Shown here: in pieces, positions 35,900 to 48,800 of the stretch
How the letters are laid out: each line of letters opens with the position of its first letter
Position numbering within the stretch: the first letter of the stretch is position 1
Position numbers and translations under genes: made by a program
The notes under the pieces: model-generated
Told to the model about the DNA's origin: nothing
The model's input: the letters and a program-made list of their open reading frames with translations, nothing else
Databases searched by the model: none
Assembly (NCBI GenBank): GCA_036172245.1
Contig: JAYWIR010000010.1
Coordinates: 124,001-188,000, forward strand
Length of the DNA stretch: 64,000 nucleotides
From: Raillietiella orientalis
Taxonomy: Eukaryota
Direction: 5' to 3'

Positions 35900-36480
35900 C
35901 TCTTCTGACAGCATCGACTCTGCTGTTCGCATGAGACCAGTGATGAGCGTTGCTACCCCCTGGCCACAGGGGGACTCGGAAGGAGCGACTCCGTGCTGGG
36001 TCATTCTCTCCAAAGACCCACGCACCGCTATCTCGCGATGCACTTTGGATGAAAGGGCGGTTAGCAAACAACGATGAGGTTCATTGGCAGGGGAGAGGCA
36101 CCATGTAGATCAGCTTCTGTGCTTACCTCACGAGGTGCACCATTGGCTGAGTTACGCATGCATCTTGATGGGTGTTCTCCCGGGACTCTTGAGGCAAACC
36201 TTCAGGGTATTTGATGTTATCATTTGCGAGAATGCATTGCAATTCCGCCATCAAGGATTTAGGGAGATCGAGCCCAACCGCTCTCACCATGGTTTCCTGA
36301 GGCTGTCATGGTGTGGTGCTTGGGAGGAGCCCTGTCTGTTTCAGCGAAGCGCCTCACGATTTCTACTCATCTCACCACAAGTTTTTTTGTGATCGTACAA
36401 AAGTAGTGGCTTGGCCTAGGCATGGTTGGTCATTTTGCCACATGTTTTTGTGCCGGCGGGTTTCCTGGGGTTCTCTTCCA
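35900..36480 (-). mobile_element. Decayed RTE-like RT C-terminal relic
   Basis: RTPIKMH..STWCLSPANEPHRCL..KVHREI resembles the RTE pattern TKxxxY..ETWxL..ExRL..KxLRxI; weak. Confidence 0.3.
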
Positions 36481-37181
36481 AGTGCAAGCTTACTTTCAGG
36501 AGCATCATTCTTTCCGTCCATCTTTTCCACATAAAGATTTTAGATCTTATGAAAGTTGCACGTGCGATTCAATGTGTACTTGTAATCTTCTCTTAATCAC
36601 CTTTTTGGTTTCAGTTTAATCCTCGTTTATCCTATTCGTTGTCCCGGAAAAGAGATGCCAAATGCCAATACACTTGTGAGTCGGCAGTTTTGTCCTTGCT
36701 AAACAACGTTGTGTACATTCTCGGTTCATGAATGAATAAAATGTAATTCGTTTTGCAAGAGCGCAGGGAGAGTCGAAACATGTGACCGTTGTTGTGTACA
36801 TCTTGAAACGTTTGCGATCTGCTGGAGTGATAAGTCCCAGTGCTCTCGATAGAAAACAGGTTATTCTGGTGTTCTTACATTTAGCTACCCAGAAAGTTGC
36901 ACAAAAGACCTAATTGTCAATTTTATTCGTGTGATTGAAGGAAAAATGAAACCAAAAGTCCCTATTCTGAAATGAGAATGATCTGAAATTACTCTATTCT
37001 TTATTAGATTAGATATTAATTCCTCTGTGTTTAAGTTTGTTGTCAAATAATTGCTGCTCCCAAAGAATGAGAACGAAAAAGGAGCACCGTGTACTATGAC
37101 GCATTTGTACATTAGGGCAGTATATAATTCCATCGGTAGTAGAGGAAATTGAGCGGAAAATGTAGTGGACCTGCGAAAGTG

Positions 37182-37203
37182 ACACACACACACACACACA
37201 CAC
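37182..37203. repeat. (CA)n microsatellite
   Basis: Direct observation. Confidence 0.95.
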
Positions 37204-37399
37204 CAGTACACACAACGCAGGCAACGAAGCCTTGCAGCAGCTTGATTGTGTTTTTTCTCAAGCAAAATTTGTTAATGAGTAAAAAACACACACGCGCTAG
37301 CAAACAGTCTGTATTACAGCAAGCGGTGGTGTGCTAATATTTGGAGAATGCAACCTTAAGTTTGAGTGAAAGATGAGTCTGACGAGTAATTTGATGGGT

Positions 37400-38950
37400 T
37401 GGCTTAAGGTGGAAAGTGTTGCCTCTCGGATAGCTATGGAACGCAGTATGAATCATGTAGTATTAACCGTCAGTGGTATTTACTGAATGAAGATCTTCAG
37501 AGAGGCATGGAAAGTCCATCGAAAAACAAAAGGACTGTCCCTGACTTTAAAGCAAGATTATATTTCGCCTTATATTTTTGATACCTAGAGCTATCTTGGA
37601 AGAAAGGAGTGGAGACGGAGGCAGAAACAAAAGTAGGAACTGTTGGGAAATTCAAAACTATAACTTTTTCTGATATTCCGAATGGCTACGCCGCTGCAGC
37701 TTATCTAACTTGGAACCATGAACTCTGTGCAAACGTTCGACAAAGGGCATGGAATAAATTAATAAATTACCCTCCAAAATGAGTCCTGTTCAGCCAAGCG
37801 GATATTCTTAATTAGCAATAATTAACCTTCAAAGATCCCATTCATGATCAGCATTAACACAGTGTGCTGAAATTTTACAAGGGAGCCACTGAACTATAGA
37901 AACATTCCTTCAGACATCAATTAGCAAACGTATGTCTATTTGTTTGAGTATCCTATGAATAATCAAAACCGAAGCTGAACGTCAAACGACTCCGAATTAT
38001 TCTTCAGTTTCCTGTTTTTAATAGCTAGCAATGAAAAATCAACTACAATCTACAGCATCAGCTGTAGATCAAATTTGAATTTGTTTTTAAAACATATTTT
38101 TAAACAAATTGCATATGCTTCTAGGTAAATGAAAGTTTTCCAATTCACAGACTGTAGTTGCAAGTGGTAATCCTTCGTGTATGAAGAAAAAAAAACCTGG
38201 AAAGGATTATGTATCTGGGGTGGAGAAAAAAATTGTTTTAAGGCAAACATTTACGTTTCAAAAAATTTTGAATCAGTTTGAGCCATTTCGTTTCACGCAG
38301 GAACACAGTTTCCGTTTGAGATCAGGACGCAGCCTCATTAAAAAAAAATCCACTTTGGAAGAAGTCCTTCCACGTGAAGACCTTAATTTTTTACAAGACC
38401 ATTTCCATTCTATTGAACAGAATGGCTCCGCATACCTACGAGCTGCAATTTTCCAGAGTTTTCAAAAATTTTCCAAGCATCCGGTTTTTTACTCGTCCCT
38501 TTATTTTATAATTTTTCATTCATTCTAGAAAAATAATTACAGTGATGAAGCTACTCGATTTTCTTGCTCAAGAAAGCTTTTGAATTGCGGATCCACCTAA
38601 GTTGAAACTTGATTTTGCCCATAGACACATGAAATATCAAGAAGACAGTTTATAATGATCACATCTTATACACAGCTAGCCACCTTTCAATGAAAACACC
38701 TTGAGCATTCACCTTACACTTGAATTTGTATTCCAAGCAATTCATTGCTGGCGAATCAATTCATGGCCGCTTACTCGAAGTCTGAAGGATAAACTTGGTA
38801 ATGCAATACGATTCGTCCTTAGTCTGTTTTATGTGAAGAAGTTTCAGTTTTATTTCTATCGTTCAGTGATTCTCCCTATGATCTGGAGCAACCAGCGGCA
38901 GTCCCATTGTCAGTACTGGAACAATTCTTTCGTTCCCAATCCTGAGGTTT
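37400..38950 (+). mobile_element. Decayed BEL/Pao LTR-retrotransposon pol relic (RNase H to integrase start)
   Basis: ITFSDIPNGYAAAAYL at ~37660-37710 (BEL FxDAS..AYAAxxYL), LNQFEPF..RLRSGRSL (L.PF.D..LR..GRL) and SPIVSTG (PFxxTGxD) are colinear with BEL pol. Confidence 0.5.
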
Positions 38951-39799
38951 CTCTATAAAATTATTCGTCAACAGTGCTTGTTCTTTCCTGATGCCCTAGC
39001 TTCTTCACTGTTTCCCCTGTCCACTAACATTTTTCTTGTTCGAGTGCTAAATATCCACTTTCCAGCTCGAATGGAGTATTCGTTCTTAGACAGCATTCGT
39101 TCTTATATAGAGACAAAGGTGTCTTGAACCTCACATGCGAACCAATCATCAAGACCGATTCCTTGGCTCCCCTGCAGCTGCTGCCGGAAGTCCCGGAAGA
39201 TCTCGGCTTGTGTTGTAAATCGTCTGTTCTTTTCACGTGCGCGGCCCTACCGCGGTGGTATGAATGTGAAACTCCATCGTTGAAATGCCAGACTGATTTT
39301 GAAAAGAATCAGCCGACGACTGTAAATTTATGCGAATTGTATCGAAACCATGTGTGTTTTCATTTAAGTTCTTCGGACCAAGCATTCGAAAATTAACCGA
39401 AAACGTAACGAATGCTTTCGTTTGCTTGCAAGTTTTGAATCCGAGGTGGGATCTTCCCCTCAGTGGTGAAACCGAAATGCCGTGGTAGACCTTAGAGAAT
39501 CTTGGTTTTCGGTCTGTTCATGTTACAAGTCCTTGTGGGCTCGGGCAAGACCGTGGTTTGCTAACATTTCATACAAGTTACCGTTTATTGTGATGATGGT
39601 GGTAACTTTGGAGGGGTATACCTTCTAGCAGCACGTTAGCATGGAATTTATTCTGATTTTTTGAATTTCTAAATCAAGGATTTACAGTTCTACACCGATT
39701 TTTCATGAGAAAATCGAATGTTAAATGCACATCTTTGTTGGGAGTAAATAAAAAATCCCACACGATTTGTATGAATGTTTATTGGATCTCGTTATAGTT

Positions 39800-40970
39800 G
39801 CAAATGCACGTCGCTGTGATCGTGTAAATAGCTGCACAAGCAATTTTTTCAAAAAATTATGGACCCACTTTGCTTGCCTTAAGTGCAAAGTGTACCATCA
39901 AGCGTTGCAGTAATTTCGACCAGAATTGTGGGTTGTGAAGTTATTTGTAGTTGAGGATGTTATGATTTTTCGATTTCTCATATAAATATGTGCATTACTG
40001 ATTGGCTTGAAGAGTCAAAAGCTTATTTAAAGATCAGACTATTCTTTCTGGTATGCATTTAGTTACGAAAGAGATATTTTATTGAAGATGGATGTTGCAT
40101 GTACTTAAAGATATGCAAGTGAGCAAGTGCAAAATGTTCCACTATTTAAGACACGTGAAACCATCAAGGGCTTTAATGGAAAAATATCGCAGATACTTTA
40201 CAATGGAACCAGAATATCTTGAAGTGAGCATTCATAAATAACAAGCATATTATATATCAGATTATTTTGTTTTCATATTGTAATTTTACTACATAAATGT
40301 AATCAAGAAAAGGCCAATGCTTCAAGGTTTAGCTTATGCAAACTTAAATTAAATTCTCAACTTTTAGCCCCCAACATTGCAGTCATTAAGATATCCATTA
40401 TTGAATTTGCAGTTGAAAGGGTATGACTTTACTGTGTTAGAAGACTTGATGCGAGTAATTCACAAAATTGCCAAAAATATGGATATTAATATTAAAAAAT
40501 GGTAAGTGTACATGATGAAGGACTAATCAAGACACTGATGTAGCTGGGCTGCACCTTCAACAGTCAAGCAAATAACTGTCTACAAACCTGGAACTATGTC
40601 TGAACATGATTCCTATGTTCTTCATTTATATGAAAGAAATATGCAAATGGAGCAGTTGTCATCACTGAAGGCTCCTATATTTCTGGATATAGTTCAAGCA
40701 CTTTTGCCTGAAGGAGTAAGACTGAGTTGTCATGAGCATTCTTTGGAGCATGAAGAGTACTGCTATAAACCAAACCATGAGATGGAAAAGATACAACAAG
40801 AATTGGAAAGCTTACGAAGTTTGTGACCATTGTTAGAATCTACTCTTGTGATGATTCATCTACATTGGACATCAACAGATGCATTTCCAGTATCGATTTG
40901 TACTGTTGATAAGAAAAATGTTTCAATAAAGAATTCTGGCACAATGAAACAGAAAAATCTAAATGATCCA
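39800..40970 (+). mobile_element. Decayed hAT transposase relic (C-terminal dimerisation domain)
   Basis: AFPVSICTVDKKNVSIKN.SGTMKQKNLND at ~40880-40970 resembles hATC PVSxxxxERxFS..RSTMxQxRLNxL. AT-rich and CpG-depleted. Confidence 0.4.
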
Positions 40971-43904
40971 AATTCATAGATGACATATCTAAAAAGGCGA
41001 ATAATTTTTTACAATTTTACAGAGATCCTTACTGGTTTTCAAGATTTCCATAGTGTGTTCAATCATCTCAGCATCCATGAATAGAGTTTCGAGAAGCTTG
41101 TGCTGTTTTCTCTTATGTTCCTTCAAATAATGTTCAGACTTAAAATGAATCTCTTGAAGAAGCTTTTCAGGATCCATTGACTTTTCTGCTGCCACGGTAT
41201 TTCTGTTAAGCAAGGAACATTCATCATTAATGGAAAATGTACATATTGCTTGTAGTCATTTCAATCTGTATTGGAAAAGGTTGCAGAGGTTACAGTGTGA
41301 TGACAGACAGTAACTTTCCTCAGCATGTAAGATGTTACTGTTTTTGCAAAAACACAAAACATGATTTTAACAGGTGCAGGAAACATAAGGAAAGGCAACT
41401 TATTATGTGGCACAATACAAATACTTTAAAAAAGATTATTCATGTTCTTTTTACTTGAACAATAATTATTTTTATGAAAAGGTATAGTATTAAGGATTTG
41501 GTGCAATTTGGCATGCTGATTCAGATTTTTCTTAAATGTAGCCAAATTTGTGCCAGAAAGACCATTACCCAGTAAGTATGTCCTTCAGTTTGTTCACAAA
41601 TATGTTATCAGCACATGATTCAAACAAGAACTCAGTGTAAATCTTTTGTTTAATTTGTTTCTGATACAACCAGCATTTAACATACTTTTGAATAGTTCTC
41701 ACAGCCCTGCTTTCAAATGTTAGAAAGGTCACATTCTGGATTAAACTTACCAGTCATACATTAAAGCAGGTTTTTCTTTAGTAAATTTTCTCTTACAATG
41801 ATACCTTCTCCAGGCTCGCTGAATACATGTAGCAGCATTCTGTTCATTGGTCAAGTTTAGAAACATTATTCCTGGTGCTTTAAGGGAGGAAACAATTAGC
41901 TGATGGAAAGCTTGCTGACCAGAAACATGAAAAGTGACTTCACAAAATTAACCATTTGTAAAATTCATTCTTGTCTGCATATCAAGATTCTACATGTTTA
42001 ATAATTTTAATCTGAGGTTAATGAATAATGCTTTAATACTTGAATTAATTTGGGAATGTGAAATTTGTGAGATTTTCAAAATACCATTTGTAAAAGTGGT
42101 TAACAGGTCCTGCAAACCCACTGTTATAACTAACTTGAGTTTTAAGTCAAGCAATCCATAACTCAGTACACTCTCTAAACATGTACACTTTGTATTGGTG
42201 TAAGAATGGTTTTCACGAATTAAAATTCCCGAGTGGCGCAAAATAATGTTAAAAAAACAAATGTAAACCACATCAGCAACCCGAAATGTAAAAAATCATG
42301 GTTACATCCTGATTTCCTAAAAGGCAAACGGCTGGTAATAAGGAAATCATTTAAACGATACGTCATATACGCATCAAAGTAAACAATCCCTGTGTTATTT
42401 TTGAAATACGACCGAAATCAACGACTTTTATAATTACCCTGAGTTATTGAATTCTGTTTTTCAATCAATTTTATCACATGCTCAGGAGAAAACCAAATGA
42501 TCCTGTTCGTTTAATGTTACGGATAGTTCAGCACCTGCACTGCAAGCATAAAGTCACTTTTTGGCTGCAACTCCTTTCATTTCAGGCTTGCTACACCATG
42601 GTCGTCCATGCCTACATAACATTCACTCTTTGGTTTTAAAGAAGGGTTACCATAACACGGAAAGTCCTATGCATACACCCATGAATGTTACCGATTCAAT
42701 AAATAAATAAATATATAGAGTCTCATTGATTATTCAGGCTTCTGAATCTTAAAATAAGTTCATTTCTTGAGAGAATCCAACTGGTGCTATCAGATTAATT
42801 CCAGGATCAAGGCCAAATTCGATGTTTTTGTAGTGCATCGTTTTTGAAAAAGCAAGGCTTAGTTTTCGTTTGGAAGTCTCGCAGTTTTCTTTGTTTTTCA
42901 GTTCTGTTTTGGATATAATCGACCAATGCTAAGTGCCCAAAATTTTCATCAAATTTACGATGCACACTGGCCTTATGAGTTTTTTTCCTGTCCAGTCCAC
43001 TTATTCCAACGTATTTAATCATTCGGTAAAGTTTCTGCACTGCATTCTTTTGATGGTTCATCAGAATAAATAATGCAAACTAACTAACCGATTCAAATAC
43101 TATCCTTAATCTTCATGTATTTTTCCACTTGATTGTACTTGTAACTGTCCGAATAAGATTCCACTGGCAGTTAGTATCTGCACGTTCTTGTAGCATGTGA
43201 TGTTCCAGTTTTTTTGGTACTTCGCATGAGATTGAAGTAGGCAAGAAGTTTGAGCAAGTCAAACCGACTAACCACTAACAGCTGCATATTGAGTGAAAAG
43301 AAGAATGGCAGGATCTCAACCTTGGTTCATCAATAATGTGTAAAGTCAAATTGCGTCAAATTTATCGTAAGAGTAATGCCAAAATTAATGTACATGAATT
43401 ATAACTAAGTTTAAAGTTGGGGTGCTCCACGCCTACCGGAATCTAAGACTAGTCTGAGGAAGAGATTCTAGGAAGTCCTGAAATCAAGATTTCCTAGAAT
43501 CGGGTCAACTCATGCCGTTTGAATTCGTCCAGAAGATGTGCCAAAAGATAAGCGCTATTCAGCGTGAGCATTCACAATAATAATCACTCATAGACTCGTT
43601 AACGAGCACAACTGCGGGTCCATGTAAGAATGATACTAGGATTTCTCTTTCAGAATATGCTGAAGTGACTTGGAAATGAGATGCTAAGAATGGACAAAAA
43701 TGAATAGAGTGACAAAGGAAGCATCGGTCTCTACTTCCCTTGTTGCCCATCCTTTCCTGTCGCCGCACTATCATGGCTGCATCTTATTACAAATTCAAAA
43801 ATCTTGATCGAATGCTTTGCCCAAATCACTGCCCATTGTTTGTTTCCACTAACCTAAAAAGAGGGAGGATCTGTTCTTTCACATTCAAAAACGTTTCTTG
43901 CTCT

Positions 43905-44300
43905 TCTGCGTGTGGTACCATGCGTCGCGGGTTCGAATACTCCGGCAGAAACTGACGCCACTGCGTCGTCGAGTTCCGAGTTTCTCCTGCAAGATGGCGC
44001 TGGTTGGCCGAGACATTCGGGCGTGGCACCAGCGGTGGATTAAACCGGGAGACCCCTGAAGAAGGCCGGAACACTGGGAGTCGACCTTCGGATCCTTCCA
44101 GGAATCAAGGAGTGGGGAGTTCCCCCTCCGGTCGGTTCCCCCACACCGAGGGGGCCCCGGTTTCAAGATGGATCAGGAGCCTTCACAGGCACCTCTCCAG
44201 TTGTTTAAAGGAGTGGAACCCCCTCTGTTGCGGGGGGGGGGGCCCTCAAGTAGCCGCCTCTTCAGAAGAGTGCAAGGAAGCAAGCGAGGGAATTTCGTTT
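43905..44300 (+). mobile_element. tRNA-headed SINE-like repeat, copy C
   Basis: ggtacc..cgtcgcgGGTTCGAATAC (43930-43940), then body ctgcaagatggcgctggttgg..ggtgga..acccctg shared with copies A and E. Confidence 0.6.
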
Positions 44301-44449
44301 GCCAGAGACTTTTTCTGATACCGAGCCAAAAAACTTTTTCGTAACCCTACCTGAATTGTCCTAAGTATAGCATAAATACCGATAATTTGCACTTTCAACA
44401 ACAGTCGAATTCTATAGTAGAAGTTGGTTCTATAATAAAAGTTGTTTCT

Positions 44450-44750
44450 AATTTCGATATTAATTTCTGAAGATGTAGAAAGTGTCTGCTCTCAATTTTC
44501 CGTCCTTGTTTTTTCAATTTCTCTGTTTTCGCGTCCGTTTCGGACATCAGTCCGAGTCCATTGGATGTACGAAATGCAGCTGGTTTTCTGGTTTCCGGAA
44601 TGAGTTCCGCCACATCTCTCGCAACCTCCTCCGGAATCAGTTGGTTGTCTACGGCAATGTACAGATTAATACAACTCCTATGTTTGTTTCAAACACAGGA
44701 AATACTGTTTGCTTTCGATGGCAGTTCCTATCCGCTTTTTTTCTATGATG
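44450..44750 (-). mobile_element. pogo/Tigger-like transposase relic (CENP-B-type HTH)
   Basis: VDNQLIPEEVARDVAEL..AAFRTSNGL resembles VxGxxIxEKA..FxASNGWL. Confidence 0.35.
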
Positions 44751-45514
44751 CTGTTTTGTGACTCTTCGCCTGAAATCGCTTGTTCATCATCAACTTGCTG
44801 CCAATTTTCCCTCCTCGGCATGTTGAACTAGTTTCGTGATCTTCGGCGAACTCTCAGTCGCTTCACATGTGCTTTACCGTCTCTTGGTGCCCATCCGAAT
44901 CCGAGTGTGCGGCACACCGGATCCCAGTGCCACTCCCTGGAACGACAGGAAGCAACCCGAGAAAATTGCAGGAAAACGGATGGTGGCCGGTCACGTTGCC
45001 GAGCGGCAGCCTCATACTCATCCTGAAGGTGTTTCCCTATACACAGCGCAGAGGTGCACACATCTCTCACCAGACCCATTTCGGCAGTTCCTCACTATCC
45101 TACTACTTCTCTCATGGTGGAAGATCGGCCAAACGAACAGATGCTCCTTTGTATTCGAACCTTTGCCACAGAGCCACTGTTGTCAGTGGCAGCAAAGGGT
45201 TGGGTGAAGTTCTTACTGCGTGATAAAAGCCGTGCATAGAACATTACGAGCATCAGTTTCCTTTTGGTCTTCAAGAACGCTCATGACTGCCGCGAATGTG
45301 TCAGTACTTGAAAAGAACGTGTCAGAATTTTGCAAGATTCTTGCGGGATTACAGCTGCCGATGCAGGCTTGGATTTCTTCTCCAGACATCGGGAGTCATA
45401 TGGCGATCCATTGTGCTCTTGCAGTTCTTGAAAACTTCAGCTTTACTTCTATCCGCATATGCTTACATTGCAAAAGAAAAACAGACTTTATTACGTGTTT
45501 CAGAGCACGGAGTT

Positions 45515-46441
45515 TTTCCCTTCATCAAGCAGCAAACTGCCACCACAACCAATCAGTCCAGGAAGCATAAGAAAAACGCAACGCATTGGAATCGTGTTTA
45601 TCAAAAACCTCTACCGGATCTGCATAACTATGCGAATGTTTTGGTGAGTTTTGTCTCCTTACATCCGTGCAACGCCGTGGCACAGGCAGTTCTTACATGA
45701 CTCAAGCTGTCAAATGAACCAGTGGATCGTACAAAAAGCTCGTGGAACCGACCTCCTGTTTGCGCTCTAGCATTCGCCGGAAGAGTCATCAGAAAACCTG
45801 TTGTGGAGCCACCCTGTTTTCAAACGGCTAATGGAATGGAGCAAACAGCATGGAACCAGAATTAAAGCAGCAGCCAAAGACATCAGCCAAACGACGCATG
45901 GCTGATGTCCCTTTTGGATCGTCAGCATTTGGCCTCGTCAAAGTATCATGAAATTGTCTGTTCAGGTCATACATCTGTACGTTTGAATCTCTCTCCAGCT
46001 CGGCTACGGAAGCACACGCATTCAGTCTGGTGCATTTTGCGTCATCAGATTTGCATACAAAATAATTGGCGCACCCCCAAATCGACTGCGTGAAATGGAC
46101 CAGTAGCATACCCCTCCGAGCCATTCTCCGAGTTGACCATCTCTTATGTGATTTGGTATCCAGTTAGCATTTTCTGTTTAGCCCTGTGCTTGAATTTCGT
46201 AGCAGCCAAGAGGAAGAAGGCACAGTGTGATAGATCGGATGGCCAGAACTCCAGCAATGAGGATAATTGCGAATGTATCGTTCGGTTTGGATGTAAGGAG
46301 ACAAAAATCACCTAAACATCTGCATAATTACGCAGATCTAATGGAAGATTTCGATAAACACAGCTCTGATGCACTGCGTCTTCTTATGCTTCCTGGATTG
46401 ATTGGCTGTGGAGGCAGTTTGCTGCTTGATGAAGAAGGAAA
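45515..46441. repeat. Diverged inverted duplication (arms 45515-45666 and 46289-46441)
   Basis: ttcatcaagcagcaaactgcc..ttttgtctccttacatcc vs ggatgtaaggagacaaaa..ggcagtttgctgcttgatgaa. The ORF track shows FPSSSSKLPPQPI(S/N)PGSIR on both strands. Confidence 0.85.
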
Positions 46442-47299
46442 GCAATTTCCTCGTTTTTTCAGCTTCCTTATTGCCTTATTACTGATATCGAGAACATGGA
46501 CTTCGGCTACATCCGAAACTGCGGCAGTAAAGCAGTCCAATGTTATCAGTAGGGAAAAACGGCTGGAACACCAATACTTTTAACACAGCTAAATTCCTCT
46601 CTAAACCCAGTGTGCACAGCATCAGTGCCATAAGCGGCGACGAAGGCACGAAATGCATTTTTGGTATCCTGAATCAAGTAGAGGCTCATAAGAAGGATTT
46701 GCAGGATCATCTGTTTCAAGTTTTCTATCGCCGTTTCCATATGGAAAATTGTTTTGCTCACAATGGAATCCTCCAGGTGGCTTTCAGCGAAGATATGAAT
46801 TTCATCATCCACTGGCATCGTAGCCTGTCATCCCGGAGCATGGCACCGGAACTCGGGTTTCTTCTTCTATAGATTCCAGCGCCACCTGCAGGAATAGCGT
46901 CAAAGTGCAACCGATACCACTCAGTATTTTTGTCTTTTCCTATCTATGGTTCCTATCTACCTACATTCTTTCCCTACATTCGCCGGTTCTAAGCTCCAGG
47001 AAGCTGCAGTCCAAGAAAGTAACTTACATTCTTGCTTAACACCTGTAAGTTGCTGGGGCTTCTTCTGGAAGTTCAAAAGTGACAGTTACAGGTTCGCTAG
47101 TCTTTTTTTTTCTTTTACAGTTACATTTTTTTTTTTTTTTCCCGAATCGGAGCCATCAAATCTTGTCATGCAATTAGGGAATTGAGTTTCACATGCCAGC
47201 TATAAGGAACAGCACGTCCTGATTCGTACACCATACCTTTATCGCAAAGCTGCGATGCTCACATGAGCGAATCCATGGACGACTTATGCATGGTTTCGT

Positions 47300-48800
47300 T
47301 AGTCCTTATCAACATCTACCCACCTCGTCTGCCCTTTCACATGCTTCTCTCATTCTGATGAGGATTTCAGGACAGAAGTACGGCAATGGTCATTGAATTT
47401 CTCCACTGCCGCATCTCTCTCAGTTCTGCCGGATATTCCAGGTTCCTTTTCCTCACTCATCGCAGCTGGCAGCCCATGGTAGACCTCAACCGAATCTACC
47501 ACAATTCTCTGTGCCTCGATAGGTAAGAATGAGCGGCAGTGCCACATTTTGTCCATCAAAGGAAGACAGTCACTCTGCCACTGAGCAAGTCGGCAACAGT
47601 AACGGCCGTCTTGTCTGCACGGAGCCTGGCAAATTTGCAACTCGAGGAGCATAAGCGTCAATGGAAGTCTGTTGATAGAGTCGTCCTATGCCTTTGGATA
47701 CTGCCCAAGCAACAGGCATCAACAGGAGAATCCAAGATGTTCAGTGCCGTACCTCCCTTTGTTCTTTTACTTTTTCTAAAGCTGCAAGTTGCCTTCGGTT
47801 ACCATAATTCCCTCTTGAGCTCTTTTGCTTCCAACCCCCTTAATTCTTCCTTTGAAGCTCTCACGGTCATCTCTCTGCCGTACGAATCTTACTCCTCTCT
47901 TTCTAAACTGTTTCTTGCCCCTTTCCAGGAAATCCTGTCGCTTTTTCTGCATCTTCGGAAACTCTTGTTCGCTTGTTTCTTACTCATTTCACTTTATCCT
48001 TTCCCCTACCCCTTTTTACGAAGCTCCTTAAACCGATAAAATACATCTCCTGAATATTCCATTGCTTTGCATGCTTGAGACAGATTTCCTATTTGTTCTA
48101 CTAATTCTAATAGTCCGAATTTTGGTTCTAGTATTTTTGTGTTGTATCCATTTCTAACACTGTTTTGTTTTTCGTTACTTTTAGCTCATTTTTTTAAAGT
48201 GATCGAGTCTTGCCTAGCACAATTCATCCATGGATGATTATTTTTCTTTTGTACTTACGCGTGCTGTCTGGACCAGAAACTCAAATCCCTGCCGGAGAAA
48301 AAAAAGGAAAGAGAGAAGAAAGCGTTGAGTTTAGAGAGAAAACCGTCGGAGTAGCCGAGAACAGTACGGAAAGAAGTATTCGTGGAAGAATCATCAAGGA
48401 GCCAAACGGACTATCTGATACCAAGGGTGGAGTATGAAACAGAGGAGGAATAGGATGTGGAGGAAGGTCAGGAAAAGGGGCAACAAGCTGGAGCATTTGG
48501 CCGAGGCCAGGGGCAAAGGAGTACGTGACGATAAATTGCCAGGAGTGATTCCAAGAAGAAGGAAAAGTAAAAACCAACGAGCAGCCGTTGCGGTACTGAG
48601 GAACAACACCAAGGAAGGAGTGACACTGTTTGTTTTCGAGCCGAAAGCTGCCCTTGCTGAGAGGCGTATGTAACTCATCACTCCACCTCTCTTCTGGAAC
48701 GCATGGAAGCTAAACATCTTACTGATCTGAGTGGAAGAAGCTCTCGTAAGTTTTCGCAGAGTGTTCAACCTGCAAACGGCAAGCAGTCATCTATGCAATG
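47300..48800 (-). mobile_element. Non-LTR endonuclease remnants (RTE/CR1-like)
   Basis: SIDAYAP at ~47650 (RTE xxSAYAP) and RGGVMSYIR at ~48670 (GGGVxxYV); fragmentary, probably two different elements. Confidence 0.3.

Noticed and set aside
37455..37470. TAGTATTAA resembling a CRESS origin nonanucleotide
   Set aside because: Mismatch to TAGTATTAC, no flanking stem, 34 kb from the viral fragment and inside a BEL relic.
42300..43400. Possible Tc1/pogo transposase remnant
   Set aside because: Motif matches are too weak and fragmentary to support a call by eye.
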